A program made the position numbers and the translations under genes. From NCBI GenBank assembly GCA_965235115.1, contig OZ249444.1:10974001-11038000 (forward strand): a DNA stretch of 64,000 bases, read 5' to 3'. Positions 38,191 through 50,610 of this stretch are shown here, in pieces (the first letter of the stretch is position 1; each line of letters opens with the position of its first letter). Below the pieces are notes generated by a model. That model searched no databases. It was not told the DNA's origin and was given only the letters and a program-made list of their open reading frames with translations. The DNA comes from Laetmonice hystrix (taxonomy: Eukaryota).

Positions 38191-38396
38191 TTTCCATGGC
38201 CATCATTATTGTAATTTCCATGGCCATCATGTTATTGCAATTTCCATGGCCATCATTATTGTAATTTCCATGGCCATCATGTTATTGCAATTTCCATGGC
38301 CATCATTATTGTAATTTCCATGGCCATCATGTTATTGTAATTTCCATGGCCATCATGTTATTGTAATTTCCATGGCCATCATGTTATTGTAATTTC
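38191..38396. repeat. Minisatellite, 24/26-bp units x 8
   Basis: TTTCCATGGCCATCAT[GT]TATTG(T/C)AA in the order 24,26,24,26,24,26,26,26. Confidence 0.96.
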
Positions 38397-39483
38397 GATA
38401 ACGACGAAGGGAACAACAAACAATCCTAGTCAGAATTCAATGATTTCATGGCCCTGTAACTATATGCTCCTATAATAAGGGGAAAGTAAGTCAATAAATG
38501 CGAAATCACCCATACAGCACTGCATAACCTACTAATGTTGGTCGACAGAAAGTCCCTAATCGGAGGTATACCTAAACTTCGATGGTTTGCAGGCTGATAT
38601 TTTTTCTTAACTTAACTTAAATTAATTTGTTGAATGTTTCCTTTGATTGTTTTCTATATAGTGACTCGCTCACAGGGTCCACCCGTCTGTGTCACCCCCA
38701 CCCCACTCCACCCCAACCCCATCCACCCAACCAGTATGAAGCCATGGATCACTATACAAAACAGGATCGCAGCCAAAAGTGCACTGAGAGATCTGTGGAG
38801 CGGGAAATCACGGACAGAGAACAGGCTATTGTAGCCGTAATAGTCAATATTTCCCGCCGACAGGTGAATTGTTGACCTATAGTAAATAAAGCGTTTTAGG
38901 CGGTGGCACTGGTTGAGGCCTTTGGCGCGGGCGGTGGCTACAGATCGGTTTGTGTGCTGATAGCGATTTGATCCAGCTTTGAATACAACGACCCGTATAA
39001 GTTTTTGTTCAATTACTCCTGCCTTGACGAGCCTGACAATGTGTATGGCATGGAGTGTACATGGCAACAGTTTCTACCCCGGGTATACAGCCTTACCCCT
39101 GTGCATATGTAGACCCTGCCCTGTACAAACACTTGCGACAACGGTATACCAATATATATTCCGAATATTGCGCTGATGACATTGCAGTAAATCATTGAAT
39201 TAATCCTATATTCAAATGTAATTTGTCGCTTTCACAACAACTTCAAGCGCAACGATAATAGCAGAGATAGCTGGGGATTCAACGGAATTTATATGCATGA
39301 AGGTTTGCTGTATGTCAGCCATGCAGTCATAAACCAGAAAATGGTTCGTTCCAGATCTGCTGCGTATTGGGAACCCAGCCTCATCAACTCACTAGTAAAA
39401 TGGAATCTTGCGGAAGTGTTTCCTATACGTCCACTCAGAGTTTCCCACTTTCAGTTGTATTAGTTGTTGACCGACAATGTTAA

Positions 39484-39844
39484 AGGGAACCAATTACATC
39501 TGATGTTAAACAATTCCAACTACTTTTAGTATTTCCGATATAACAACCTGCATGTTTGCAATTTGAGAATATCGCCTGTCGTATAGATGGAACCCAGTTT
39601 CGGTACATCAGGGCCATGTTTGGTTTCGGTTTCTGCAGTCATGATCCCGGGCAGGAATGTAAACAAACCAGGGTAAAACGCGATCGCATTGTTCACCGTC
39701 CAAGAGAAGAATGGCACGTTTGCTCATCCAGTTTCGCTATTGTTAGAAGTAAATGGACACACAATAAGGTAGATTGTTGTATATTAGTATTTCTCTGCAG
39801 GCAGCACAGATTATCTCGGAAAAATTTGATGTAATTGATTCCCT
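39484..39844 (+). mobile_element. TTAA-TSD MITE (family E, Kolobok-like), copy 1
   Basis: TTAA at 39480-39483 and 39845-39848; 17-bp TIR AGGGAA(C/T)CAATTACATC; AG..CT termini fit Kolobok rather than piggyBac (CC..GG); homologous along its length to 44614-45002. Confidence 0.85.
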
Positions 39845-40258
39845 TTAAGCATAATTTATTAACAACAGCAATGCAATAGGCCAATACCGGTTATTCCCCT
39901 TGGTAACTTCCCCACAACATTCAGGGGCAGGAGTTCGGGTTAAGGTCAGGGATAGGATAGGGATATGTTTTGGAGAGGTGTATGGACCGGGGTCAGGGAT
40001 AAGGTCAGGGCCATAGATTTTTACTTTCGACTAATTTTCGTGGGGTTTAAGTTTACCATGGGCGATGTACCCCTGTGCCATGTAAGAACATAAAGTTAAT
40101 ACTGCGCATGTGTCTCCGAGTTGCTGTCGGAATGGATATATAAATCTTGAATTATGTTTCTACCATTATCCCCGTCCCACCCTGAATTCGGCTGAAAGTG
40201 CTACCTGGCCATGTAGACTCTCTACGTTTTTAGATTCAATGGTGTAAAAGCAGGATTC

Positions 40259-40448
40259 CACTAAGCCGATTTATATCCGATCGGCCAATCGTTTGACGAT
40301 AAAATGTATCTGATATTTGCGGCCGACGAAAAATATATATCTAATCTTTACAAATTAAATATCCTTTAATGATTTGATGACACAAATTACCAATAATTTC
40401 AGAAGTTAAGAAAATCGGATGGCCGATCGGATGTAAATCGGCTTAGTG
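40259..40448. mobile_element. MITE (family F), superfamily unassigned
   Basis: 29-bp inverted repeat CACTAAGCCGATTTA(T/C)ATCCGATCGGCCA, 1 mismatch, around an AT-rich core; true termini and TSD unresolved. Confidence 0.72.
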
Positions 40449-41993
40449 TAACACGGGCGACACATCGGACCTCAGTGCCAGAGACCAAAGTGACCCGATC
40501 CTCAATACATTAGATTTCGTATAATCCTATAAGTGCGTCATTCTACTACCGAACTGCTGTGGTAAAACGACGGCTCAATGTTGACACCAAACATAAACAC
40601 AGGGTGTTTGGACATCACGGTCAACTAAACCGTATTTGAAGATGTAAAGTACAGCCGAGGTCCGACAATGAGTAACCATGTTTACACGACAAGGAAGTTG
40701 TATTTTTGAAGGGGATGTTTTATATCGGATACATACCAGGTCCTCCATTCATGATCATTCGACCATAACCCGTTTCTAAGCTTTCCTACCTACAGCTTGT
40801 GTAAACATATACTTACACTAAATCCCAAACTGCAAGCACATACATGCAGAACAACTTTTACTCGCTCTAGTTCTATGTCCACCACATAAAGCCAGAGATC
40901 CCTCAGTCGTGTTATGAATACAATGGACTTCTCCAGGCCAGACGGTCTCAATCATTGTCTGACGAGAACTACACAAACATGGTAGAACAGAAGAGATGGT
41001 TTGTTGGGGTCGGACGTTGACATCCGATATTCAACAGATATGTAGTGTCTCGCAGCCCCTCCCCCAATATACACCATATAGCTCACAGAAAAACTGACAT
41101 TGGCCTACATTATACCTTTACTTGATTGAACATGATACATATGGAATCAGGCTAACTGAGGCTAAAGATCGACACAGAACAGATGGGGAAAACTCCGCTA
41201 TCTTAAAGTGCCCTGATTATTGAAAGGCTTTAAATCACAGGCGACAAGCATTTAGTGGTAACATTAGAGTGAAGACAACTCGACACATCCGCTGAGTGCA
41301 TCCTGTCAGTCCACGTGCCTGTGTGTCGTCACCGAGTGGGACATTTGATAAACTGAACTTTCTTCCACGAGTCCTGACCACTAGAGGCTGTCTCCGGAGT
41401 CTTCTGCCGCAACACTTAACCAGGCAAGGTTCTCGTGCTTCTTTTCGACTACCGAATTGAATCCTGTCCTTCCCTATTTTATGTATTATCGCCCACTAAG
41501 CACTAACAGGCGAGGCAGAAAGTACCTATAGTAAAGATCAGTGGCTGGGCGACGTCTCGAGAGACGACCTTTGTATTTGAAGTGACATTGGAATCGTTGC
41601 CATAATGAAAGGTACACATGTTATATTGACCAACGTTGTCAGGTCGGAGTCTGCGAATCGCGAGTGGCAACTTCATCTGTTTTGTGGAAAGCCAAAGTCC
41701 GGCGAGGATGGGTATCGACAATATGATTTTCAAGAGGGTCGGAACGTTTATGAATTGATTGCCGACGATCGACTCGGTTCTGTTGATCTATACTCGCCCT
41801 CAGAATTCTCTCCATAATCTCGGGTGATTCGGACAATGTCTTGGTAAATAATGGATAAACTGATGCTGAAGTTGGACTGTCCCGGGACTGGTCCATCATT
41901 CATATTACAAAGATTGCCCGTGCCGACCATCTATCTTGTCGTGATATGATTAGGCGGTTTTCTGTTTGTTTCTTTTATTTCATCAAGCGAAAG

Positions 41994-42007
41994 TGACCTC
42001 ATGACCT
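41994..42007 (-). promoter_or_regulatory. Nuclear receptor DR2 element
   Basis: TGACCT-ca-TGACCT, i.e. AGGTCA-tg-AGGTCA. Confidence 0.4.
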
Positions 42008-44613
42008 TAAGAGGTTTTCAAAGTTTCTGCGACGGTTTTGACGATTCGAGATGTACAAAATAAATATCACTTCTTCCAGTACCCCTTTGACAGCTTAAAA
42101 ATCACATTTCTAGAAATCACTTAATTTGAATATTTTATTTTCCGGCAGGTTGTCACAGAAGTGAATGCCAGACATACAAAGACGCGAGTGTACAGCTTCA
42201 CTTCACTGTGGAAACGACCGCGTTTTTTTCTGTATAGTTTATATAAATGTTGGTCCTCCACAACAGATAGTACATGAAATATGGCTTCCCGCTCATTTCG
42301 TCAATGGATAATCACAGACGATAGCCTGACCAATCACAGTAATGGACCACAGGTCGTGAGCTCACTCTGATTTGTTCCCTATCAGGTAAACGCCATCACG
42401 GGCCCCACAACCTACAATGAAGCAATGCTTCAGGCCGCCCAGACAAATTTTCTGTCATGCAGCAGCGAGCTGTCGGGACCACTGGACGTGGCTCACTTTG
42501 TACGGTCTGGCCGAGCGATCTGTGCAGCCAGGGAACACGACAGGAATAGGGCGTGCCCCCGGTTCATGTTCAGTCCTCTTGGGAACTGAGAATGAAGTGA
42601 GGGACAGATTTTTGATGGGGTCCGTTTTATAGATTATGTCCAGTCTGTTTTCCCATATCAGACATACGTTAGGGTTGAGTGACTCGCATTTCACGCTTGC
42701 CAGCATTATCGGCTTGGAACTGTGAATTTGGAGATATTCCAGTCCAGGAAGAGAGACATTCTGCAAGGGGGCCCACATACACCGCGGCCCGTCTACAGGT
42801 GACCCCAGCCTGCCCCCTGACTCTACTCTGTGATGAATATTGAAAGTCGCGCGTGCAGCTGGCATGCTCAAACTCACACCTGACAGAGTGCCAGCTCTCT
42901 TTCCTCAGGCACATGTGCAGCTCCGAAAGGCGATATCCTTTCACCAAAACGGCGCTGCCACCATCGCCATCTTCCAGGAGGAGCGCCGGACAGTGATGAG
43001 CGGAGGGATATAGTAAGTCATTACCTGCCGACCTGGTCGAGGGCAATGGTAAGGTGATAGTCCTGTCGGCTGCAAGAACTCTACTGAAGAGCGAAGGAGC
43101 TCTGAAAGATTCATTCCCTATGTACAAGAGGCTTTTGCACCACCACATGTCCCTTCAGACCATCAATATTCAGAATAGCCCGAGTGAAATGATGCCACAT
43201 GGGACAACTCGGCGACAGCTATACAGGCCACCTTTATTAATGTATTCGATGTGGTTCCCCACGAATACCAACAGGCGAATTCAATTTTTCCAAGAGTCTT
43301 TGTGGACAAGCCGCCTTATTAAACGTTCCGTTGGCTATATCCAGGTATCATGTAGGAATGAATCAGTGGGACAGACATTGCCGATTCCTTGTATACTGCC
43401 TATACTGGTGACATTTCTGAACATAAACACTGGCACAAGAGCAAGGCGCTGCCAACCAAGTAGCAAGTTGCAACCTAACCTTAAACCACTTTTTCCCTGG
43501 CCCCGAACCACTCTTTTCTAAATGCAATCGCTTACTTATCCCGGCCGCCCCCTTTTCCCTTCCTCTTTCTTTTTTAAATATGCTTCATGGGTCAAACAGC
43601 TGATACTCCACGGAAGAGGTTACTTCCCGTTTGGCAGTAGGCCCCTACATCCGCTGATGACATTTCTATGCAGGGTGAATACTCTTTTCGTTTAAACATG
43701 ACAGCATGTTTTCTTTCTCTCCTTTTTTTTAAAGTTCTTTAAAAATTACGCTGGGCTTCTTTTAGACCCAGAGCCTGAACAAAAATTTCCGCTAAAAAGG
43801 CGCCTGCGTGACTTTACTTTTCTATATTAGTTGAATGAGTGTCACTTTGCCGTAAACCAGCACCCTATACTTAGAGTCGTCTCAGCGGGATAATACGTGA
43901 TGTATGCGATACCAGTAGACGTACGATGAGACTGGCAATTCTCGTGATCAAAGTTTTTTTTTATCTGTGTATGGCATGTTTCATGAAGACATACATGTCA
44001 CATCGCGTTTTTAATTGAATTATTACTTATTTAAAAGTGCAGTTATAAGACATCTGAAGTTACCGTACTCTACTTTCCATTTCAGAAGACATGCATATTA
44101 CTTCCCTAACCCCACGGAATTACTTGAAGTGAGTGTTTTAATCATATACTTCTAGTATGACATTGCAATGTCACGCATCTTCATCATGATTACCTTACCT
44201 ACAGCGAAGTGTCTGAGGGAATTATGGCGTTAACTTCTCATTAAATGGTTTCATCCCGAATTCCGGTTTTCTCACTTATGATGTCCTCACGGCGTTCTCC
44301 CCACTGATGTCTGACATCAACTGATGTCTGTGATCTCAGCACGCGCTCATACTTCTTTATACGCTTTATACTTACAATAAAAACGTTCTCAAAGTAAGGA
44401 CTTTGTAATGTAGATGTAGCTTATCCTGATTTCTTCAAGGAAGTCAAGGTGTATAAACTCTTATTACGTGCTCATTCTGTGTGTCTCTGGCACTTTCAGA
44501 CGAGTTGACTTTTCTTTAACTGAATATTGTGCCTTATCACACACTGGTTATACAGAAACATGATTTTGAAAACGTTATGCAGTAATTTTAGTTAGGACTC
44601 CTAAAAGTATTAA

Positions 44614-45002
44614 AGGGAACCAAGTACATTTTATGTTAGAAAAATGCCAACTATTTCTGATATAGCCACCTGCATGTTTGCAAGGTCATCTCAAACCAGA
44701 TGCCAATCATGTTTGGTAGAATATCGCCTTGCAGCCTGTCGTATTGAAAACCAGTTTCGATATATCGGAGCTATGTTTGGTTTCCGTTTCCGCGGACAGG
44801 AATTTCAAAAAGTCGGGGTAAAACGCGATCGCATCATATTTCACCGTTCAAGCGAAGAATGACACGTTTGCTCGTCCAGTGTCGCTATTGTGAGAAGTAA
44901 ATCGATACATAATGAGGTAGATTGTTGTTATACGATATATTTCTGTGCAGACAGGGCAGGCTATCTCTAAACAAAACTTGATGTAGGCCTAATTGATTGC
45001 CT
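44614..45002 (+). mobile_element. TTAA-TSD MITE (family E, Kolobok-like), copy 2, more diverged
   Basis: TTAA at 44610-44613 and 45003-45006; shares blocks such as GGGTAAAACGCGATCGCAT and GAAGAATG(G/A)CACGTTTGCTC with copy 1; extra internal segment and a 6-bp insertion in the right TIR. Confidence 0.85.
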
Positions 45003-47053
45003 TTAAATAAAAACGCATCACATTTTGGAAAAATTGTCCGCTATCAAGAACGGTTCGTGTTATTCGAACAACGTGCTTCTTAAACGTGATTTTTAAATTA
45101 CTTTTTATATAACCCCGTTTAACTTTGTGCAGACGCCAGCAGACACTACTATAGATAATGGCACGGAGGCTGTGTACACATTAATGGCGAATGCCAACTA
45201 TTATCTTCTTCTCTTCCATATAAGTCCGAACACTTGTTTATAAAGATCTGAAAGCCTTTCTCTCTTACCCACTTCCTTTGTTTTGCTAATTAATTGAGAA
45301 TAGTCCTCTTGCCTGGAGACTTACCATGATACAGACACACCTCGGGGCCCGTGATTTCAAAGTAATCCTTTCGTTGTAATTCTAACGATGGATTCAGAGT
45401 GCTGTGTGGTGCTGCCTGTCCAAGGGTAAGCCAACCCCACTGATGATCGAGAAAGAAACGTCGAAAAGACCGCCTTTTTTTCAATCATCTGCAATGCGAT
45501 CAATCTATTGCAATTCCTTCGTGTCGGTTTTTGCGTCCTGCCACTCTTTCCTCCTGTGATGTACATGGCTGGGATTGACATTCCATCCCCAGCCTGGGTC
45601 TGTTAGAAGCTTGGTCGATGGGCACCTATCGATTTTTGACAGAATCAAATACTACTCATATTTTCTCTTCTTTTTCATTTTTAAAATTTCATTACTTGAC
45701 ACTTCCTGCATGCAAGAGGATTTCAGAACTTCTTTGGCATCAGCATGCAAGCTGATATGTGAATTGTGATTTCGATATTTTATTTCTATACATTTATTAA
45801 ATATTTCGTGTCTCATTTTCACTTTTATCGGGCTGCATGGGCACAAAAGATAAGATATTTTTTCTTCCATCACTGCTTATTAAACGAATCTGAAGCGTAA
45901 GAACTACTTAGCTGTATCAATAAAACGTAGACTCTACGTCCTGAGCAAAGTCGCGGCCAGGCATACTATGACTATGAACGTCCAGGCCCCTTTTACCAAA
46001 CCTCATCTTTAACCAACCATAGGTTTCCAACTTTCACGGACAATGATTTTGTACCAGATTAAACCTCGACAGAATAAAAGGGAGGCCGTCAACCTCTGAT
46101 ACTGAGTGCCCCTCGCCCCCCTGAGTCGTCCCCTTGACAATCTCAAACATTCTGTCCCGATGTGTTCAGGTGAACGAGTGCCAAGTATATTTAGCAGGAC
46201 CTGAGTATTTCTTGAGGATAGCGATTTCTTGTCCATTACATAACATTATCTGAAGCAGGGCCTTAAAGAGACAAGTTGTTATTGGTATTCTATTAACCGG
46301 TTACTCCTAATACTTACCAGGATACCTGACCCCCCCCCCCCCCCCAACCCCACCTCCCATTAAAACCATTACTCTGCTCAGTGAACCATCATAATAGGTT
46401 ACACTTCCTCTCTGATTTTGATGTCAAGTCTGATGACCTTTGAATTTCTCACATCAGACGGTAATAATAAAAAAAACGTCCCTTGTATGTACCGATTGTC
46501 TGCTTTTATTGTGAGAGCTGGTTGAGATGGTTCATGCTTTGTTAGCCTTCGTACCGAGTGTCCCAACCGATATGAACCCTTCAGACAGACGCGGGCCCAG
46601 TTAAGGACATCCTTGAATCTTTTCGGTAAAAGCTTTTTCCGCATATAAATAAATGGTCATGATTGCACAATGCAGTATCTATAATCCTACCAGCTGCATT
46701 TACGATATGACGAACGTGTCTTGTAGATATGGGAATGGTGGGTCTACACAGTGTGTGCCAGGATAGCATGTGTGTTTTGGGTCTGGGTGGACTAAAGAAA
46801 GCCATTGGGTAAGCGGATTCCCCCTTCACCGCACCACCGGCTCAGTGGTATTGGTGTGTGCCTAAATACTTATATAGAGTTCACATTCAGCATCTATATA
46901 CAATGGTTACAAAAACCTTCCTTGAACCTAGACGTTACAGTAGGTACGATGCAGAAACATTCATTGTTTACTTTTGTGTTATATGAGGGGGTGAAAATAA
47001 TTATGAGGGGGTGGCTATTATCTAGATAATAACTACCCCCTGGGGGTACATAT

Positions 47054-47073
47054 TATATATATATATATATATA
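47054..47073. repeat. (TA)n microsatellite, about 10 units
   Basis: Read directly. Confidence 0.9.
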
Positions 47074-50000
47074 TAATAATGACCGGAAGGTATGTGTTAC
47101 TAGTATAATGACCGGGGGTACCAAAAAACGGGGTATTAGGTGGCAGAACTTGATCATTACGCCTACCCGTGATTTCTGAGGCCATGATATTATTTATAAT
47201 TAACCAATGAACTCCCACTAACCGACGATTGAGCACTCTGCCAAGAAATGACGTGTTCAAGCTGGCAAACGAATCGCCTGAGCGAGGTCCTCGCAAGTAT
47301 TTGCTGCCATCATTACGCACGCATCCATGCATGCACGCACGCAAAACATGCAGAAAATACCGCTTTATTACCTTGCCAACCACCATGTGATAAGGGCCAA
47401 CACGCGCCGCTTATTTAAAGTAAAGGCAGGCAGTCCTTATCTATAAAGATAAAATGTTACAGCAAATACTAAATACGTTGCAGCCGATTTCAATCTTATT
47501 TCAATCAAATTAAGATCTGTTACCTTGATGTGATGCTGGGATTTTAAACTACCAGAGACAGTTGTGATTATGTAATAGAATGGCGACTTAATCTTGTGTA
47601 TTTTACTTAATCTCTTCATGTTTTCCCAGCTCCATGATTAATCTTAATTTGTTGCTTTAAAGGTAAGCATACCTAAGCACAACGGAAAGAAAATTGGTTT
47701 GCATCTGCTTTCCGTTGAATTCATGAGCATGCTAATTACATAACATACTATGTCATAACATAATTGAACGACATACAATATGAAACATTATGTGCTTTTA
47801 TCATATTACGCCATGAAAATTCTGATATATTATGATGTCTTCCTGTCAGAACAGGATGAGAGATTACAGGGATAATCTAGAATTATCATTTTTAATTCAT
47901 GCCAGTTAAATCGTTTCTATGCTTATTGTCCGGTAAAACGACCCTCAATCACCTTTGCTTCTACATGCTTCAGCAAATCTAAACCACCATTCTGATCAGA
48001 AATCTATGCACGTAACTACCTCCATACCGGTATTCAGTTTTCACCATTAGTACGCTTATCAAATGTCTTTGAAAACGGAGAAATGGGTACATGAGCAGGC
48101 CCTGTGTGAGCTGACAGACGGCGCGTGTCTTCGCCTTGGTTGGATTACCAGCAAGAATTGATGGGTAAATGATCCGTTCGTCGCTGGGGGTAGCTGACTT
48201 ACATAGCTGACGTGGCGGGCACCGAGTGGGGTCTGACAGACAGCCTTGCAAGTGAGACCGGTTCGAGGGTAGATCGCACTTCATGGGGTAGCGGAGTCGT
48301 CTAATGGACAGGTGCATGAAGTAACGTGACTCCGGGCTCCGTATCCATCCCTCATATACGTGGCGATCATAAATCACCCTCACTGAGGCGCTCTCCGACA
48401 TGGTACACGTGTTCCGCAGTCAGCTCATAAATGTGGCTGCTAATGTTTGCCGCCATATTGTCCCTCGAAGCCATAACAACTGGCGTTGTTTGACCCTTCC
48501 GCCGGAATGAAGCCATTAGCCGTTTCACGATATCCATCCGCGACGTCAAAACGGAAATCGCCTCTGAGTGATATATTGGTGCGTTAGCTGGGGTCCACTA
48601 GTTGCCATCTTACTGCCACGTGTCAAACCAAATGTTTTGTAATTTACCCAAGGCGTGCCGTAGATTGTGTTTTACGCACCTTTCCATTAGCTATGTCGGT
48701 GAACCCATGACCACCACTAATGACACGGGGATCGCGTTTCTACATAACCCGCAGCCAAATACAACATAACCATCACCTTGTCCTCGGCCGTAATGCATTT
48801 AGTGCAGAACTCGCCATACCCTCACCATATCGTCTGTCAGGCCTGTGTAATAAATAGGCGCAGCAGCCCATGGCGATTGAGCGACAGAACTTTGAGACAC
48901 ACAGTAGGATTTGGTTTTACTATACATAGCCTGCCACGCGAGTTTCTTGGTCCTCAATTGACCCTTTCCATCACTCCTTGTGAGGCGGTTGGAGCCTCTT
49001 GGAGACTGGAGTGTGTTTCACAACCATCGCTATTATCCTGTCATGCGTTTAACTCTCCTTTAAAAAGTTAAATATATCTCAATATTTACGTTTTCTACCT
49101 CTCTCATAATTATTACGTATTTGCTACACTTCATCCCAACTCCCTACCCAAGAAAGGAACTGTTCTCTCGGGCCGCTCTTTCTGTCTCCATTCCTCCAAG
49201 GCGCGAGACAGGTCTCCTGGCCCGTTGGTAGTAAACCACTGCCTACCCTGGAAACTGGTGTTGTCAGTCTCACAATGGCGAACGCAGAGCAAGGCCACGT
49301 GGCGACATTTCATCGCCGTTCTCTGCCGAGACTATTTTTGCCTAAACTGGGCCTGGACAACGCTAAGATCACGACTGTGCCTCTCCAGAATGTCGATCAT
49401 TAGTGGCATTGGTGTTTTTCAAACTGGTGTCCTAAAACACTAGCCGAATGAAAGGTCAATGGCGGAGTCGAAAATACGACGTGGCCAATTTGATTGCCCT
49501 GGTTGGTGTAATGCCTGCGTGGTTAATGTACACTAAGTGGTGTCAAACTGGCGTGTTTCAAACCCAGACAGTCAGTATTAGTCAAGATGAGGACAATAAG
49601 AGAAAACTTAGGCGACGAGTGATTCATAATATCATGTGTGAGGCCATGCACGTTTTATTCCTGGTCAACCAGGAACGCAGGCCCTGGGACATAGGTCACC
49701 AAAGGCTGAATCTGTGGCATTTAGTAATGACAAGTATATCCCAGACACACGCGTTGTCCTAGGAGTTTCCCCCGTGTACATCCTAATAAAGTTCTTGGTT
49801 TCCACTACCATTAAGCCATTAAGCCTCAATCATCAGTGTCCTCAACAGCTGACGAAAATCTTCGTGTCGAAAGGTCACCTGTTTTTACGAGACGGAATAA
49901 AGAAATACAGTGAGCATCTAGATGTAGCATTGGTGAATTCTGCCTCACAGTCTTCTGTCGCTTCAAGCCGCATTTTTAAGGCTAATCTCAACATGATATT

Positions 50001-50408
50001 AGAAAACAAATTTGTTTCCAGTGCTAAGCACCAGAAATACGTTTAGACTCCTCAGTTGTTAACTTGTATTTATTCTGACCTCTTAACAATGAATCACACT
50101 GTACACGTACACATGACTTTCGGGGAGATGTGAGCTCCCTGCAAACTACCTTTCTAATTCAGAGCACAATAAATATTATTACAACAGGCCTAATGCAAGT
50201 ACAATAAATACAGGCCTGACATTTGCAAAACCTCCACTAACGCCCTAGTTAGGTCATTCTTTCGAAACTCCCATTTTTTAATGGGTAAAGCATGTCGGAG
50301 GGAAGGTTCGAATGTTTCATGCTCTTACAGGCTCGAGGCGGAGCCGAGAGCTTACTGGGTGTTTTCATTCTTAAAACTGATTTTGACGTGTCTATCCATG
50401 GATCGCCG

Positions 50409-50610
50409 AGACCATCGCCGAGATCTAGGTCACATTGGAGTGTCCTTTCTGACACGATTTGGATCTAGGAATGACCTGTGACAATGGTTGGTTTATGATG
50501 ATGTTTCAGACCATCGCCGAGATATAGGTCACATTGGAGTGTCCTTTCCGACACGATTTGGATCTAGGAATGACCTGTGACAATGGTTGGTTTATGATGA
50601 TGTTTCAGAC
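50409..50610. repeat. 99-bp tandem duplication
   Basis: AGACCATCGCCGAGAT...GATGATGTTTC occurs twice with period 99 and about 2 substitutions. Confidence 0.95.

Noticed and set aside
39885-40075. Degenerate MITE with GGTCAGGG/GGTTAGGG-like interior
   Set aside because: The terminal inverted similarity is too weak to define ends or a TSD.
41639-41899. ORF with RR/KR dibasic sites as a neuropeptide precursor
   Set aside because: No signal peptide, amidation signal or repeated peptide.
42386-43060. Plus-strand frame of about 220 codons interrupted only by TGA (selenoprotein or recoding?)
   Set aside because: No selenoprotein motif or SECIS recognised; part of it is in register with an antisense ORF (TCA codons); moderate GC lowers TAA/TAG frequency.
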